From an uncultured delta proteobacterium (GTDB lineage Bacteria; Desulfobacterota; Binatia; UBA9968): a stretch of DNA of 64,000 bases. Under the pieces are notes generated by a model, which was given only the letters and a program-made list of their open reading frames with translations, was not told the origin of the DNA and made no database searches. Position 1 is the first letter of the stretch. Every line of letters starts with the position of its first letter. Made by a program: the position numbers and the translations under genes. Positions 19,496-31,304 of this stretch are shown here, one piece after another. The stretch is from positions 32,001 through 96,000 of the forward strand of contig CAVSLC010000023.1 of the NCBI GenBank assembly GCA_963728565.1, written 5' to 3'.

Positions 19496-22048
19496 ATGGC
19501 GCCATCTTCTGAGCAAATCGCGCCAACGGTCCCAAGAGCTATTCGGCCATCAACTTGGCTGTTTGCGCTGACCGGCTCGCTTTTGCTGGGTCAATTGGCG
19601 GCGGCCTCGCCAGTCGTTCTCTCCGCTGATCTGGTGTGGTTATTGTTGGTTCCTTTGGTCCTCCTCATCGACCCGCTCGCTAAACTGAGATGGCTCGCGA
19701 CGCTAATCGCCGGACGCGATGTAACTAGCCAACGTAGTACGATCACTAGAAACTACCAATCCCGGGCGCTGCTCGCGATGGTAGCGGGATCGATGTTTGC
19801 TTTGGGCTATTTCCGTCATCACCAGCTGTTGCTTCCGATTTTTCCGGCGAATCACCTTCGCTCGGTCATGAACCAGAACAGCGATTTCTTTTTAGAAGGG
19901 GTGCTGCTGCGCGAACCGGAAAGACTGCCGAACCGGAGCCGATGGTATTTGCGCGCTGAACGGATATGGCACCCGACGGGCGCCGAGGAGATCTCCGGTG
20001 ATCTGCTGTTGAACGTCCGGCAGCTTCGCCGTGAGTGGCACTACGGCGATCGCATCCGCGCGCAGATTCGGCCAACTGTGCCCAAAGACAGTGGCAATCC
20101 GGGTGGGTTTAATTACGCCACGTATTTATCGCGACGTCAGATTTATGCCATCGGTTTTTTAGAGAGCGACGAAAAGATCGAGTTGGTGGAGCGCGCGCCG
20201 GATCGATTGCGTGGCGCGGTGGAAAGTCTGCGCCGAAAAATCCGTCGCTACATCGAAAGCTACTTTACTCCCGAATCCGGCGCCCTGATGAAGGCGCTGG
20301 TGATCGGAGACATGGGAGAAATTCCAAAGAAGACGCGCTCCGACTTTACGGCCGCGGGAGTGAATCATGTTTTATCGATATCCGGGCTGCATGTGGCGAT
20401 GCTCGGTTTGGTGGTGTTTTGGCTCGTGCGCTGGCTCGGTTCGTTCAACCTTTATCTGCTGTTGCGCTGCAATTTGATCAAAATTGCGACCTTTTGCTCG
20501 TTTGTTGCGGTGATTTTCTACACCGCGCTGGCCGGTGCCATGGTGCCGACGGTGCGCTCGGCGATCATGATCGGAATTTATGAATTGGCTGTCTTGCTGG
20601 ATCGAGAGGAAGAGGTTCTAACCAGTCTGACGTTTGCCGCGTTGCTAATAGCGTTGGTCTGGCCCGGCGTAATCGCCGATATCTCCTTTCAGCTTTCGTT
20701 TCTCGCGGTCTTTTCGATCGCCTGGGGAATGCGTCAAGTTTTTAGGACTGTCGCCGCGCCCGAGAAGGACCGCTTGCCTCAGGAGCGAAGCCGGATAAAA
20801 CCAAAGCTGCGCTCGATTGGAATGCATTTGGCTGTGCCGCTCCTGGCGACCATCGGCACCGGACCATTGATCGCGCACTATTTCGGTCATCTCTCGTTGG
20901 CCGGTTTCGTGTCCAATCCGATAGTCGTGCCGTTGATTGGCTTTGTCATCGTACCGCTGGGGCTTGCGATCAGTTTCGTCTCTCTGGCATGGCCGGAGTC
21001 TGTCACCGCTTTAGTCTCGATCACAGAGTGGCTTCTGTGGTTATCCGGATGGTTGGTGGAATGGTTTGCTAGCCTTCCGTTTGCTCATATCTCAGTACCC
21101 GCGCCGGATCTGTGGGAGATTGGCGCCGTGTATTTTTTGATCGCTTCTCTACTCTGGCTCAGGAAAAGCCGCCGCGCCGTGATTGCCGTCGGTTTGAGTA
21201 CGTCGATATTGATTGCGGATGTTGCCTACTGGGGCCGCGAACGCTGGGCACGCCCAGAACTCAGAGTGACTTATTTGAATGTCGGCCAGGGAGATGCGGT
21301 CGTTATCGAGTTTCCCGGCGCCAAAACTTTGCTGATCGACGCCGGAGGCACAGCCACCGGCGAGTTCGATACCGGCGAAGCGATTGTCGGTCCCTATCTC
21401 CGCTCTCGCAAGATACTGAAAGTCGATTATCTTTTAGTCAGCCACCCGCGCATCGATCACTATGGTGGAATGGCATCGATTGTCAGAGAGTTCACGCCCG
21501 AGCAATTCTGGTCGGGCGCTGCCAAGGGACGAACGCGTCGATTGGAGGAGTTGGATGAAATCCTCGACCGGTCCAAGGTCCAGCGGGTCAATTTGACCAA
21601 CGAAGCACCGTGTCGTTCGATTGAAGGAGTGAGTCTGTGTTTCCTTTATCCGCCGGCCGATCGGACCGACGACGTTTCGGTGGTACTACAGCTGCACTAT
21701 GGTAAAGCGCGCTTGCTTTTCACCGGAGACATCGACAAACGCGACGAGCAGTTTCTGTTGCAAAGCGCGGCCCGGATCAACAGCGCGGTTATGAAGGTGC
21801 CGCGTCACGGCAGCGCTTCGGCGAGCACACCGGAATTCATTTCGGCCGTGCAACCCAGGCTGGCGGTGATTTCAGGAACCACTAGAAACGCGCGCGCTCA
21901 GAAGCAAGAGCTTGCGGACCGTTATCGCGATGCCGGCGCAGAAATTCTCCGCACCGAAGAAGACGGGGCCATCATCATCACGACCGATGGCAATGACTTG
22001 CGTTACGAAAGCGTCAAGAGCGGTAAACGGGGCCAGATCAAACTCTGA
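19496..22048 (+). CDS. comEC: DNA internalisation competence protein ComEC/Rec2
   Basis: NPGGFNY, HVLSISGLHV, SFQLSF, plus a metallo-beta-lactamase domain (VGQGDA, SHPRIDHYGG, KVPRHGS). Confidence 0.95.
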   Translation: MAPSSEQIAPTVPRAIRPSTWLFALTGSLLLGQLAAASPVVLSADLVWLLLVPLVLLIDPLAKLRWLATLIAGRDVTSQRSTITRNYQSRALLAMVAGSMFALGYFRHHQLLLPIFPANHLRSVMNQNSDFFLEGVLLREPERLPNRSRWYLRAERIWHPTGAEEISGDLLLNVRQLRREWHYGDRIRAQIRPTVPKDSGNPGGFNYATYLSRRQIYAIGFLESDEKIELVERAPDRLRGAVESLRRKIRRYIESYFTPESGALMKALVIGDMGEIPKKTRSDFTAAGVNHVLSISGLHVAMLGLVVFWLVRWLGSFNLYLLLRCNLIKIATFCSFVAVIFYTALAGAMVPTVRSAIMIGIYELAVLLDREEEVLTSLTFAALLIALVWPGVIADISFQLSFLAVFSIAWGMRQVFRTVAAPEKDRLPQERSRIKPKLRSIGMHLAVPLLATIGTGPLIAHYFGHLSLAGFVSNPIVVPLIGFVIVPLGLAISFVSLAWPESVTALVSITEWLLWLSGWLVEWFASLPFAHISVPAPDLWEIGAVYFLIASLLWLRKSRRAVIAVGLSTSILIADVAYWGRERWARPELRVTYLNVGQGDAVVIEFPGAKTLLIDAGGTATGEFDTGEAIVGPYLRSRKILKVDYLLVSHPRIDHYGGMASIVREFTPEQFWSGAAKGRTRRLEELDEILDRSKVQRVNLTNEAPCRSIEGVSLCFLYPPADRTDDVSVVLQLHYGKARLLFTGDIDKRDEQFLLQSAARINSAVMKVPRHGSASASTPEFISAVQPRLAVISGTTRNARAQKQELADRYRDAGAEILRTEEDGAIIITTDGNDLRYESVKSGKRGQIKL

Positions 22049-22083
22049 GGACTCGGGTTTTACGGGAGCTGCGACGCCTTTTT

Positions 22084-23022
22084 TTAGCTCAACGCCTTGA
22101 GCTCCTCGATGTAGTCTTTGAACCCGCGTTCCAAATCATACTCTGGCTCCCACTCCAGGATTTGTTTGGCTCTGGTGATTACCATTGGCTGCTTGGCGGA
22201 ACGAGGCTTCTGCCCCGGCATTATTTCCACCTGCAGATTGGGCAGGAGTTTCTCGGCCGTGGCGACCAAATCGTCAAACTTGATGACTACGCCTGTGCCG
22301 ATATTAAGTGTCACCGGCATCGACAGAGGTGTGATCGCTGCCTTATCGAGAGCTCGGCCCAGATCTTTGTAGTAAACATATTCGAAGTCGCGCGCCACTT
22401 CTTGCGCAACCTTTACCACACCGCCGCGGATTCCGGTCTGGAGCATGTTCTGCACCATCTCACCGCCGCCGGAGCCGCCGGCAAAGTGGCCGACCCCATA
22501 GACATTGGCGAGCCGCAACGTGATCAGCTCGAAGCCATATAGCCGTTGATACGCTTCTACCATGAGTTCCTTAGCGACTTTGGAGTTGCCATACGCTTCG
22601 CCGGGCCCGCGGTGGAAACTTTCGTCAATTGGACCGGGCTCCCCGCCGCGCCGATCGTAAATGCCGAACGTGCTGATCTGTACCAGCCGCTTCACCCCGG
22701 TTAAACGTACCGCCTCGGCGACATTGATCGTGCCCATCACATTGATCTGCATGCCGGTATAGATCGGCTGCGCGACCTTGCCGCCGATCAGTCCCGCTGT
22801 GTGGATGACGGTATCAATTTTATATTTCAGGATCGTCTCGATCAGCGCCGGCAAGTCGCGGACATCGCGCTGAACAACCGTCACGTTAGCCATGCCCAGC
22901 TTATTCGCCAGGAAGTCTTTCCTTGGGGCAATATCGTAGAAAACGATGCTTTCGCCGCGTTTGAGAGCGAGTTGAGCGTAGGACGTGCCGACCAAGCCCA
23001 GCCCGGTTATTAGTGTCGCCAT
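22084..23022 (-). CDS. NAD-dependent epimerase/dehydratase (extended SDR)
   Basis: TGLGLVG Rossmann motif, YGNSK (YxxxK), LRLANVYG. Confidence 0.88.
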   Translation of the reverse strand: MATLITGLGLVGTSYAQLALKRGESIVFYDIAPRKDFLANKLGMANVTVVQRDVRDLPALIETILKYKIDTVIHTAGLIGGKVAQPIYTGMQINVMGTINVAEAVRLTGVKRLVQISTFGIYDRRGGEPGPIDESFHRGPGEAYGNSKVAKELMVEAYQRLYGFELITLRLANVYGVGHFAGGSGGGEMVQNMLQTGIRGGVVKVAQEVARDFEYVYYKDLGRALDKAAITPLSMPVTLNIGTGVVIKFDDLVATAEKLLPNLQVEIMPGQKPRSAKQPMVITRAKQILEWEPEYDLERGFKDYIEELKALS

Positions 23023-23177
23023 AGGACTCCTCTGTGACTCCGTAATTTACTCCCCTTACTCCGGCAAGCCGAAAATGTCCAGGCTGAATCCATTTCATCA
23101 GGCCTGCCGGGCCTATCAATTCGCGATTGGGTAAATTGTCGCCCAATCGCAGCAGCATGTGATATGGATTGTAAGGA

Positions 23178-23550
23178 ATGAAAGTTCCGCAACGACCTGA
23201 GAGGCCAACAAGTTCTTGGTTCTCGGGCTTTGCGAAGTTAACCGCAAGGATCACCGGCAAGCCGTTGACATTCATGATCGCTGTTTCGGTTGTCGCGGCA
23301 TGGGCGGTTACGAGTCCACTGTTCGGATTCAGCGATACCTGGCAACTGGTGATCAATACCGGAAGCACGCTCATCACTTTTTTATGGTTTTCCTCATACA
23401 AAGTACTCAAATCTTGATTCTGAGGCGAGGCAGGTGAAATTAGACGAACTCATGCGCGCGACGCACGGTGCGCATAAGGCATTGTTGGATCTGGAAGAGC
23501 TTGAAGAACAACTCGACCGGATCAAAGCAGGCGTTTTATCGTTTCGCTAA
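23178..23550 (+). pseudogene. Low-affinity iron permease (Fet4-like) family, frameshifted
   Basis: FSDTWQLVINTG / MVFLIQSTQ / VKLDELMRATHGAHKALLDLEEL are split over three frames by two 1-nt deletions (about 23383 and 23410). Confidence 0.75.
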
Positions 23551-23571
23551 GATCGAGGCCGAAGCCGACAC

Positions 23572-24288
23572 ATGCCCAATCCAACACCACAGATTATTCC
23601 CATTGGCGGCGGTGGATTTTATCGGGACCCGGAGAATCTTGCGCTCGAGCGTTACATCCTAGCGCAAACCGGCGTTGCCCAACCGCGCGTGCTCTTCGTC
23701 CCGACCGCCAGCGGCGAGCCGGACCATTATGTTGCGAGTTTCTATGCGGCATTCCTGAAACTGCAATGCCGTCCTTCGGTGTTGTCGTTGTTCAAAAGGA
23801 CGCCGGATCTGCGCTCGTTACTGCTCAGTCAAAATGTGATCTATGTCGGCGGCGGCAATACCAAGAGCATGATTGCCTTGTGGCGCGATTGGGGCGTGCC
23901 GGAATTGCTCCGAGAGGCATGGCAGTCGGGAATTATTCTCACGGGCGTGAGCGCGGGGGCGATCTGTTGGTTTGAGCAAGGGCTGACGGACTCGTTCTCA
24001 GATGGGCTGCGTCCGCTTGGCTGTCTCGGTTTCGTTCCCGGCAGTTGTTGTCCGCATTACGATGGCGAACCGCAGCGGCGGCCATCTTATCACCGGCTTC
24101 TGGCCAGCGGAGAGATTTCCGCCGGCGTGGCAATCGAAGACTGGGTCGGGATTCACTACAAAGGGGCGGAGATTCATCAAGTGATCGGAGCAAAGCCTGG
24201 CGCCCGGGCTTACAGTATGCGCAGCGTGTATGGCTCGGTGCAGGAAGTGCCGTTGCCGGTGGAATACCTGACGCAAGCCTCAGAGTGA
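23572..24288 (+). CDS. Peptidase S51 (dipeptidase E-like)
   Basis: FVPTASG, YVGGGNT, GVSAGAICW nucleophile motif, CPHYD. Confidence 0.9.
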   Translation: MPNPTPQIIPIGGGGFYRDPENLALERYILAQTGVAQPRVLFVPTASGEPDHYVASFYAAFLKLQCRPSVLSLFKRTPDLRSLLLSQNVIYVGGGNTKSMIALWRDWGVPELLREAWQSGIILTGVSAGAICWFEQGLTDSFSDGLRPLGCLGFVPGSCCPHYDGEPQRRPSYHRLLASGEISAGVAIEDWVGIHYKGAEIHQVIGAKPGARAYSMRSVYGSVQEVPLPVEYLTQASE

Positions 24289-24339
24289 GAATTTCACAAC
24301 GCTCGATTTATCAGAGTTGGCCAAACAAAAGCACGGATT

Positions 24340-25350
24340 TTATAGTTCGCGCTCGATCATGAAGGCTGCGAGATCCCCAACGCGGCAGCTATAGCCCCAT
24401 TCGTTATCGTACCACGCCAAAATTTTTGCCATTTTCTCTTCCAAGATGACAGTACATAAACCATCTACTATGGAGGAGGCCGGATTCCCGCGGAAGTCGC
24501 TGGAAACCAGCGGTTCATCGCAATAAGCCAGGATGCCGTCGAGATCACCACGGGCAGAGCTCTTCAGCGAATCGTTAATCGCTGCTGCCGAGGCCGGCCT
24601 TTTCAGGTCGACGACTAGGTCGACAATGGAAACACTCGATGTCGGCACTCTGAGCGAGAGACCGTGAAGTTTGCCTTTGAGCTCGGGCAGGACCAGTCCG
24701 ATGGCCTTGGCCGCGCCGGTGGTGGTCGGGACGATGTTGGCAGCGCCGGCCCGGGCGCGGCGCATATCGCTGTGCATCAGATCGAGAATGCGCTGATCGT
24801 TGGTGTAGGAATGTGTGGTTGTCATCAGTCCGCGCTCGACGCCGAAATTCTCATGTAAGACTTTGGCCAGCGGAGCAAGACAGTTTGTTGTGCAGGACGC
24901 ATTCGAGACGATTTGGTGTTTGTCAGGGTCGTAGGCCGACTCATTGACTCCCAAGACCACGGTGATGTCTTCATCTGTTGCGGGTGCGGTGATAATCACT
25001 TTCTTTGCCCCCGCTTCCAAATGAGCTCGCGCTTGACTGCCACTGGTAAAGAGGCCCGTGGATTCGATGACAATGTCCACCCCGAGCTTGCGCCAAGGCA
25101 GCCGCGATGGATCTTTCTCGCTTAGCACGGCGATATCCCATCCATCGATCTTGAGCTGGCCTTCGCCAATCTGGACAGTTCCCGGAAAGATTCCATAGGT
25201 CGAGTCATAACGAAACAGGTGAGCGTTCGTATGCAAGTCGGCCATGTCGTTTACGGCGACGACATTGAGCTCTTCTTTGTGACGCTCGAGCATCGCGCGC
25301 AGTCCGAGACGGCCGATCCGACCGAATCCATTGATCGCTACATTGGTCAT
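24340..25350 (-). CDS. gap: Type I glyceraldehyde-3-phosphate dehydrogenase (copy 1)
   Basis: [30 protein letters not shown]. Confidence 0.96.
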   Translation of the reverse strand: MTNVAINGFGRIGRLGLRAMLERHKEELNVVAVNDMADLHTNAHLFRYDSTYGIFPGTVQIGEGQLKIDGWDIAVLSEKDPSRLPWRKLGVDIVIESTGLFTSGSQARAHLEAGAKKVIITAPATDEDITVVLGVNESAYDPDKHQIVSNASCTTNCLAPLAKVLHENFGVERGLMTTTHSYTNDQRILDLMHSDMRRARAGAANIVPTTTGAAKAIGLVLPELKGKLHGLSLRVPTSSVSIVDLVVDLKRPASAAAINDSLKSSARGDLDGILAYCDEPLVSSDFRGNPASSIVDGLCTVILEEKMAKILAWYDNEWGYSCRVGDLAAFMIEREL

Positions 25351-25772
25351 TTATCCTCCTGCAGATTTCGGTGAAGTTGTTGTGGGTTGAATGCGAAAAA
25401 CAAAGCAAAGTTTATTCCGCTGGATCGAATCTCGCGTCACCCGCACCTTTACCTATGAAAAACCCGCTCCAGCGGCTTTTCCGCTGACCAATATTTAGTC
25501 GATGGATGTGAGATTTTTGTGCACAATAAAGAAGAATTGTACATGTTTGACATATCATGGCACGATCTAAGTGGAGCCTCTGATCACGCAGCTTGATCGA
25601 GGCGAGGCGCCAAATGACTTCACGTCGGTGGAGATAAGTCAGGCAGATCATCTAGCGTCACGTTCAACAAAGCGGCTGAAGCCTCCAAAGCATTGCATTT
25701 TTATGTTCGATCGAGTTATTGAAATGGTTTTGACCAAGGAACTGCTTTGTAATTTCAAGGAGGAAGTGTGTA

Positions 25773-26768
25773 ATGCCCTTTCGGTTTCATAATTCAAGGC
25801 TCGCAGCCACTTTGCTTCTGTCCCTGGTACTAGCCTTGGGTTCAACGGCAATGGCCGCCAACGCCGCCAAGAAAGTCAGTGTTATCTTCGCCGACTTCAG
25901 TGAACGCAGCGGACTCTTGTTTGTCGCCAAGGACCAAGGTTTCTTTGCTGAGCACGGATTGGACGCGGATATCGTGCAAGTGCGCAGCGGGCCGGTGGCG
26001 ATTTCAGCTTTGGCAGCAAACGAGGCGCAGTTCTATATCGTTTCCGCTACTGGCTCATCGCTCGGCGCTGTGGCGGCGGGATTGGATCTGGCGTATGTCG
26101 CCGGGCTGATCAATAAACTAGATGGTTATTTTGTGACATCGGCAAAAATTCGCAGTCCGGAGGACCTCAAAGGTAAAGCGATTGGCGTGCAGAGCATCGG
26201 CGGCGGGATCTGGATGTTCACACAAATGGCGCTGGATCATTGGGGCCTGAGCACTGAGAGAGACAAAATTCAGCTGCGCGTTCTCGGTGACCAGTCGGTA
26301 TTAGCTCAGGCGATGTCGACGGGATTGGTCGAGGGCGCGGTATTGGGTTACGCCTTCAGCCAGGTCGTGCAACGCAGCGGCGGCCGGGTACTGGCCGAAT
26401 TACCTAAGCTGAATATCCCATATCAGGGGGTCGGCTTGCTTGCCCGGCGCAGCTTGATTAACAGCTCCCCGGAGACGGTGGAGAAGACTCTTAGAGCACT
26501 GATCAAAGCCAATCGCTTCATACAGGACAAGAACAACCAGCCGGCGGTGCTGGCTAGCTTGCGTAAATGGTTGCGGCTTTCGCCCAATGAAGGCGGCGAG
26601 GAGTTATATGAAAGAATGCGAATTCTGTATGACCGCCGGATTATACCGAGCCGGGAGGGGATTCAAAACGCATTGCGCGTCCTGAGTAAGGCCGACCCGA
26701 AGTTTGCGAGGCTCAAAGCTGATGATCTCATCGATGATCGGATTGCGCGCAAGCTCGAGCGCGAGTGA
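25773..26768 (+). CDS. ABC substrate-binding protein, NitT/TauT family
   Basis: Signal peptide, AKDQGFFAEHGLD, EDLKGKAIGV. Confidence 0.85.
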   Translation: MPFRFHNSRLAATLLLSLVLALGSTAMAANAAKKVSVIFADFSERSGLLFVAKDQGFFAEHGLDADIVQVRSGPVAISALAANEAQFYIVSATGSSLGAVAAGLDLAYVAGLINKLDGYFVTSAKIRSPEDLKGKAIGVQSIGGGIWMFTQMALDHWGLSTERDKIQLRVLGDQSVLAQAMSTGLVEGAVLGYAFSQVVQRSGGRVLAELPKLNIPYQGVGLLARRSLINSSPETVEKTLRALIKANRFIQDKNNQPAVLASLRKWLRLSPNEGGEELYERMRILYDRRIIPSREGIQNALRVLSKADPKFARLKADDLIDDRIARKLERE

Positions 26769-26871
26769 TCGAGGCGCACTGCGCGCCACTGACCTCATTG
26801 TTCCTGAGCTGTCCCGGTGATGTGGGTCGATGCCCGCGTCGCCTTAAATTCGCCTTGAAAACTGAATCTTT

Positions 26872-27889
26872 ATGAAAAAAATGTTCATATGCTTTCTCGC
26901 CCTAGGGTTGTTCTACACTTTATCGATCAACACTGCTTTCAGTGCCGCGCCGCCGACAAAGGTCGTGATCAGTTACGCGGTATTGAGCGAGCGTGAGGGC
27001 GCGCTCTTTGTTGCGCGTGATCAGGGCTTTTTTCGTAAACAAGGGTTGGATGTGGATTTGGTTTACGTATCCAGCGCGCCTGTGGCTTTGGCGTCGATCG
27101 CCGCACGGCGATTCGCAGATCAATACGGCTTCGGTTTCCGGCGCGATTCTCGGGGCGATGGCCGGCGGCTTGGATCTGGTTTTCATCGCCGGTCTGGTAA
27201 ACCGGTTGACCGGAACGATCGTTTCCTCGCCTGAGATCAAAACTCCCGCCGAGCTGAAGGGCAAGACCATTGGGGTGACGAGCATCGGCGGTGGTAATTG
27301 GGTATTTACGATGCTCGCGCTCGAGCACTGGGGGCTCGACGTTAAGCGTGACAACATCACCATCCGGGTAATCGGTAACGACGCGGTACGCGCCCAGGCA
27401 ATGACTACCGGAGTCATCCATGCGACCCAGCTGTCGGCGTATTCGTCCGCAGCGATGCTTAAGCGCCAGGGTTACCGCGTTTTGGCTGATCTACCGGAGT
27501 TGGGCATTCCGTACCAGGGTACGACCGTGTTTGCCAGGCGCAGCTATGTCAATCAACAGCCCGAAGTCGTAGAAAAAATTCTGACCGCCATCGTCGAAGC
27601 CATCGCTTTCATACAGGACCCCGCCAACAAAGCAGCAGTCATGCGCAGCCTCGCCAAAGGCCTTCGCCTGCCCAAGCCCGAGGACACCGCCGATGGCTAC
27701 GAAATCATCAAGACGCTGTATGAGCGGAAGATCTATCCGACGGCGGACGGTATTCGAAATACCATCAGACTGTTAGGTGTGACCAACGAAAAAATTCGCG
27801 GCCTGCGCGCTGAAGATCTTATTGACGATAGAACCGTACGCAGGCTGGAGCAAAAAGGACTGTTTCAAGCGAGCCCGCGGTCACGCTAA
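26872..27889 (+). CDS. ABC substrate-binding protein, NitT/TauT family (one +1 frameshift at about 27103)
   Basis: ORFs 26872-27234 and 26993-27889 join into a paralogue of 25773-26768 if one base is removed. Confidence 0.8.
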
Positions 27890-28290
27890 TCCAACATGCA
27901 AAAGCTGGGTACGAATCCTCGCCGCCTTCTCAGCCAAGGCAGCGCTGCGGCTCAAAAGCCAATATCCTTCTGCCACTGCTGAAGTAATCTGTCCAATCGT
28001 CGAACGTGGAAATCTTTTGCGCCATCACTCATCTTCCTCTGGTATGCTCCGAATAATTTATCAGCAGACTATAGAGTCTATTGCGCAAAAGAGATGCCAC
28101 GGCATAGCGCCGGAAAAGGCGCGCTGTCGTGGAAACTTTCCGCTCCGGAGAAACTGTCGAAAAGTTTCTTAAGAACGCTGAATTTGAGGGGGAGAAGCGG
28201 CGGTTTGTTCTAGAGCCGCAGAACGATCGAACTCGTGCTGGAATTATTTTTAGGCTGAAGGAAGACTATGCAGTAATGCAGAGATGTCGA

Positions 28291-28680
28291 TCAAAGATCG
28301 TAAACCGGTGTATGGATCGCCACGTGCTTACCCAGGGCGATGGCGCTGACGATATCAGCCCGGCTGACGATGCCGACGACATTTGGGCCGCGCATCACCG
28401 GCAGCCGTTTGATCCGATGCGTGGTCATCAATCTGGCGATGTCTTCGACGGCGGTTTCTTCGGTGACGCTGATGATGTTCTTGCTCATGAGCGTTTTTAC
28501 ATCTTTGCCTCTTTTCGCAACGATGTCTGCTTCAGAAACCACGCCGATGATCTTGCCGTTCCGGCCCGCCACCGGCGCGCCGCTAATTTGGTTCTTGATA
28601 AGTGTCATGGCCAAATCTCTCTTCGTAGCTGTCGGGCTTACGGTAATCACGTCTTTCGTCATGATATCTTTAGCAAGCAT
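28291..28680 (-). CDS. CBS-pair domain protein
   Basis: AKDIMTKDVITV, ISGAPV, IKRLPV, GIVSRADIV; GGAGG RBS. Confidence 0.9.
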   Translation of the reverse strand: MLAKDIMTKDVITVSPTATKRDLAMTLIKNQISGAPVAGRNGKIIGVVSEADIVAKRGKDVKTLMSKNIISVTEETAVEDIARLMTTHRIKRLPVMRGPNVVGIVSRADIVSAIALGKHVAIHTPVYDL

Positions 28681-28689
28681 AATCGCCTC

Positions 28690-29703
28690 CTATAGGCCCT
28701 TTTGCGCCATTAATATCGCTAAATCAGCGACCCGGCAACTGTAGCCCCATTCGTTATCGTACCACGAAAGTACCTTAGCCATCTTATCCTCCAGTACGAC
28801 CGTCGATAAGCCGTCAACGATCGAAGAAGCAGGATTGCCACGAAAGTCGCTGGAAACCAAGGGTTCGTCGGAATACGCGAGGTAGCCGGCCATCTTTGCA
28901 GAGGCGGCGTTCTTTAGGGCTTCATTAATGTTACCTGCAGACGCCGGTTTTTTTAAGTTCACGACCAAATCGACCACCGATACAGTAGGGGTCGGCACGC
29001 GCAGCGAGAGGCCGTGCAGCTTGCCTTTCAATTCCGGCATGACCAAGCCGATGGCTTTTGCCGCGCCGGTGCTGGTCGGCACGATGTTAGTTGCGGCGGC
29101 GCGCGCCCGGCGCAAATCCTTATGCATCAGGTCAAGAATGCGCTGGTCGTTGGTATAGGCATGGACCGTGGTCATCAAACCTCGTTCAACGCCGAAAGTA
29201 TCGTGCAGGACCTTAGCCACCGGCGCCAGGCAATTGGTAGTGCACGAGGCGTTGGACACGATGTGATGCTGACGTGGATTATATTGTGAGTCGTTCACTC
29301 CCAGAACCACGGTGATGTCTTCGTGCGTCGCCGGTGCCGTGATGATCGCTTTCTTGGCGCCGGCATCCAGATGCGCTTTAACCTGTGCTCCGTCGGTAAA
29401 CACACCCGTTGATTCGATAACGATGTCCACCCCTAATTGCTTCCAGGGAAGCCGCGCCGGATCTTTTTGGTTATGAACTGCGATATTGTCACCGTCGATT
29501 CGAATCATCCCTTCGCCGGCTTCAACGGTCCCGGGGTATATGCCATAGGTCGAGTCGTAGCGAAACAGGTGCGCGTTGGTATGGAGATCGGCCATGTCAT
29601 TGACTGCAACAACCGCTAAATCTTTTTTGTAACGTTGCAGGATTGACCGTAAGACCAATCTGCCGATCCGGCCAAACCCGTTGATTGCGACCCTAGTTGC
29701 CAT
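28690..29703 (-). CDS. gap: Type I glyceraldehyde-3-phosphate dehydrogenase (copy 2)
   Basis: Same motifs as copy 1 ([21 protein letters not shown]). Confidence 0.96.
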   Translation of the reverse strand: MATRVAINGFGRIGRLVLRSILQRYKKDLAVVAVNDMADLHTNAHLFRYDSTYGIYPGTVEAGEGMIRIDGDNIAVHNQKDPARLPWKQLGVDIVIESTGVFTDGAQVKAHLDAGAKKAIITAPATHEDITVVLGVNDSQYNPRQHHIVSNASCTTNCLAPVAKVLHDTFGVERGLMTTVHAYTNDQRILDLMHKDLRRARAAATNIVPTSTGAAKAIGLVMPELKGKLHGLSLRVPTPTVSVVDLVVNLKKPASAGNINEALKNAASAKMAGYLAYSDEPLVSSDFRGNPASSIVDGLSTVVLEDKMAKVLSWYDNEWGYSCRVADLAILMAQKGL

Positions 29704-29736
29704 CGATCCCCCCTTTTAGTCTAAAGCTATGATCGG

Positions 29737-31065
29737 CTAGACGCTGCCGAGAAGATCCGTTGCTAGATATTGATATCGGCTCTTGAACTCCTCAGGCGAG
29801 CAAAGTTTGTCCTTCGACGAGGCTGCCTGCGCCAGCAGCCGTAGCTTTTCACTGTCGGCGAAGTCCTCGTGCTCGAGCCGAATCATGTATTCGCGCGCTA
29901 CCTTGTAGGTGGGCTTGGTAATTCCGACCGAGCGAACGCGAGTTTTGCCGGTTTTGGAATCTTGCAAGCTGGTAAAGTCGAGATACTTCAATTCTCCATC
30001 CACTAAACACACGAGAGCGCCGGTGAGACTCGCAATTTTTGCGTCAGGATTGAGTAGAAACTCTACCGCGCCATAGCCAAGGGTGCGCACATAGTCACAG
30101 TCGAACGCAATCGGCGCCGCCGAACGGAGCTCGTAACCAATATTTTTGTGCACGATGCTCATTGAAGAGCCGCGGTTGGCGAAGCGATGCTCGACAAGAG
30201 TTTTCAATATATACGCCAAGTCAAGCTCGGCCAGGCGCAAGTGCCCATAACTGTCGTGAGCGATGCGCACCCCTTCGATGCTTTGCAGCTCCTCGGGCGG
30301 GACTCTCTCGAGCAAACCTTCGGCGATAACAGCGACACCGTCGGAACGATTCCACAACGTGGTGCGTTTCAAAATCGCGCCTTCGAGTATGTCGCAGACG
30401 CTTTCGAGATGCACCGTAGCGGGAAATTCCTCCGGAATAATCGTCAGGGTGGCGCCGGTGGACTTGCCGATTCCGAGAGCCAGATGCCCGGCTGTACGAC
30501 CCATAACCACGGCGAAATACCAGCGGCCGGTAGTGCGGGAGTCTTCCATTAGGTTTTGCACGAGAGCGCTGCCAACTTGACGGGCGGTTTCGAAGCCAAA
30601 GGTCGGTATCTCGCCAGGAAGCGGCAAATCATTGTCGATGGTCTTGGGAACATGGCAGACCCGGATGCGTCCGGCGGCATACTTGGCAACCTGGCTTGCG
30701 GCGTACATGGTATCGTCGCCGCCGATGGTCACTAGGTAACCGATCCCTAAACGGTCCAAGGTGGCGACCACCCGTTCAACATCCTCCGCCTTTTTGGTGG
30801 GGTTAGCGCGCGACGTATTGAGGATCGAGCCGCCCTGGAAGTGAATGCGCGAGACCTCATCTTTCTGCAGTTCCTTGGTCCTCGTCGTGTCGCCGCGCAT
30901 CAACCACTGAAACCCATCGTAGAGTCCGATCACTTTGCGAGCGCGATTGAGCGCTTCCAAGGTAACCGCTCCGATAACGCCATTGATGCCCGGCGCGGGT
31001 CCGCCACCTACCAGCACGCCAACGCTGGTGTTGGAACCTTTCGAAGGGACTGATTGCTTTTGCAT
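29737..31065 (-). CDS. pfp: Pyrophosphate-dependent phosphofructokinase
   Basis: GGGPAPGIN, GGDDT (Asp typical of PPi-dependent enzymes), PKTIDND, MGR, GYELRS. Confidence 0.88.
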   Translation of the reverse strand: MQKQSVPSKGSNTSVGVLVGGGPAPGINGVIGAVTLEALNRARKVIGLYDGFQWLMRGDTTRTKELQKDEVSRIHFQGGSILNTSRANPTKKAEDVERVVATLDRLGIGYLVTIGGDDTMYAASQVAKYAAGRIRVCHVPKTIDNDLPLPGEIPTFGFETARQVGSALVQNLMEDSRTTGRWYFAVVMGRTAGHLALGIGKSTGATLTIIPEEFPATVHLESVCDILEGAILKRTTLWNRSDGVAVIAEGLLERVPPEELQSIEGVRIAHDSYGHLRLAELDLAYILKTLVEHRFANRGSSMSIVHKNIGYELRSAAPIAFDCDYVRTLGYGAVEFLLNPDAKIASLTGALVCLVDGELKYLDFTSLQDSKTGKTRVRSVGITKPTYKVAREYMIRLEHEDFADSEKLRLLAQAASSKDKLCSPEEFKSRYQYLATDLLGSV

Positions 31066-31304
31066 GATTAAACCTGCCGCGCTGCAGTTTACACCTACTG
31101 AAAATGGTACATGAAGTTTATCGTTTTGGCACGCAAATCCAAGATGTCTGCGGCGAGTTTTCCTAGCGCCGGGAAGCTTGGACTGACGTCCGCAGATTTC
31201 CCCGAAATTTTCTCATACGAAACCGCATTATTGCTGGATTCCCTGGCACAGCCGTTGCGCAAGTTTTCTTGACGATGCTAGATGCGGCCGAAATGAAGGG
31301 AGAT